From: Cenococcum geophilum
Lineage: Eukaryota
NCBI GenBank assembly: GCA_050273025.1
Contig: CP158635.1
Span: forward strand, 29,574,001 to 29,638,000
DNA: 64,000 nucleotides
Direction of reading: 5' to 3'
Of this stretch, positions 63,305 through 64,000 are shown piece by piece. The first letter of the stretch is position 1. Each line of letters opens with the position of its first letter. The notes under the pieces were generated by a model. It made no database searches. It was not told the origin of the DNA and saw nothing but the letters and a program-made list of their open reading frames with translations. Both the position numbers and the translations under genes were made by a program.

Positions 63305-63885
63305 AGGTAGTAGATGTATAAAAGGCACCCTCTATACCTAATAGCACCCCTCCCCTAGCTATATAGGTGCGCTTTTATACCCTCTTCTTTTTTTTAGCGC
63401 TAGTTTTCCATCTATAGCTTCTTGTTTTTGCTTGCAAGTAGTATAGCGCTTAATATTGCTATTTTATACCCCTTTATAAGCTAGCTAAGGGCTTATTCTA
63501 TTGGACTTAGTAGGCTATACGTATAGCGCTTAAAATAGCGCTTTAGTGAGGCTATTTACTGCTGCAATTTAGTAATATTATATGGTGTTTCGGCTATCTA
63601 AGATGCATTTAATAGTAGGTAGGGCGGTAGTATCTAATATTTAGTATATAGCTATACTAGCACGCGATTAGGGTTATATAGAATAAGGCTAGTGGCTGTA
63701 AATCCTGCCTATATATTATTTTAATATAGTACTATTTGCCTAGCCTACCTATATAGCGGCAGAAATTTGTATTTATTAATATAATTAACGCCGCCGGCTA
63801 TTATCTATTTAACGCCGCGTCTATAGGCCTACTTTAGCGCCAAGAAACAGCCTATATCTAGCGGCTATAGTAGATATAATAATAA
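63305..63885 (-). mobile_element. Fot1/pogo-like DDE transposase fragment (RIP-degenerate)
   Basis: De-RIPed minus-strand translation SSHLLQPLDVGCFSALKQAYG...HIDK.EFL and C-terminal LLASENKKLR.ENQRQKKK...YIARGGVL. Confidence 0.85.
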
Positions 63886-64000
63886 TATTTATTTATTGCT
63901 TAACATCCGATTTAAATCCCTTTTTTTTTTATCTATTGTATTATATTACGTACAATATTGCGCATGCAGCCTTAGGCTATGGCGCTATAGTTCTATATAC

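Noticed and set aside
1..64000. Alternative genetic code or stop read-through suggested by abundant in-frame TAA/TAG
   Set aside because: The stops fall at Gln, Trp and Arg positions expected from RIP C-to-T and G-to-A changes, and the intact genes use the standard code.

Overview
Filamentous ascomycete DNA (probably Pezizomycotina) with a two-compartment layout. AT-rich blocks degraded by RIP (repeat-induced point mutation; TpA-rich, CpA/TpG-poor) lie at about 1-8400, 18500-49200 and 63300-64000. They alternate with GC-balanced, intron-containing gene regions at about 8400-18500 and 49200-63300. The AT blocks resolve into nested transposons, many with readable target-site duplications (TSDs): Copia, chromodomain Gypsy, hAT, a Tad1-like LINE, CACTA-like and pogo elements, MITEs, a solo LTR and a gag-only LTR element. 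Removing four TSD-bounded insertions between 23.9 and 47.8 kb reconstitutes a hidden, RIP-destroyed gene of about 4.5 kb for a RecQ-like SF2 helicase with a 17-aa repeat tail. The ORF track misses it, and it may be the relic of a helicase-carrying mobile element (AcademH-like). The isolated 10-kb GC island holds a roughly 10-exon, ~1,800-aa protein I cannot assign (beta-rich middle, coiled-coil tail) and a small CxxC/CxxC protein. The right-hand gene region holds an MFS sugar porter, an arylsulfotransferase pseudogene, a likely mitochondrial membrane protein, a glutaminyl cyclase and a large basic protein. All calls come from reading motifs by eye; no database searches were run. Boundaries without a TSD are approximate.
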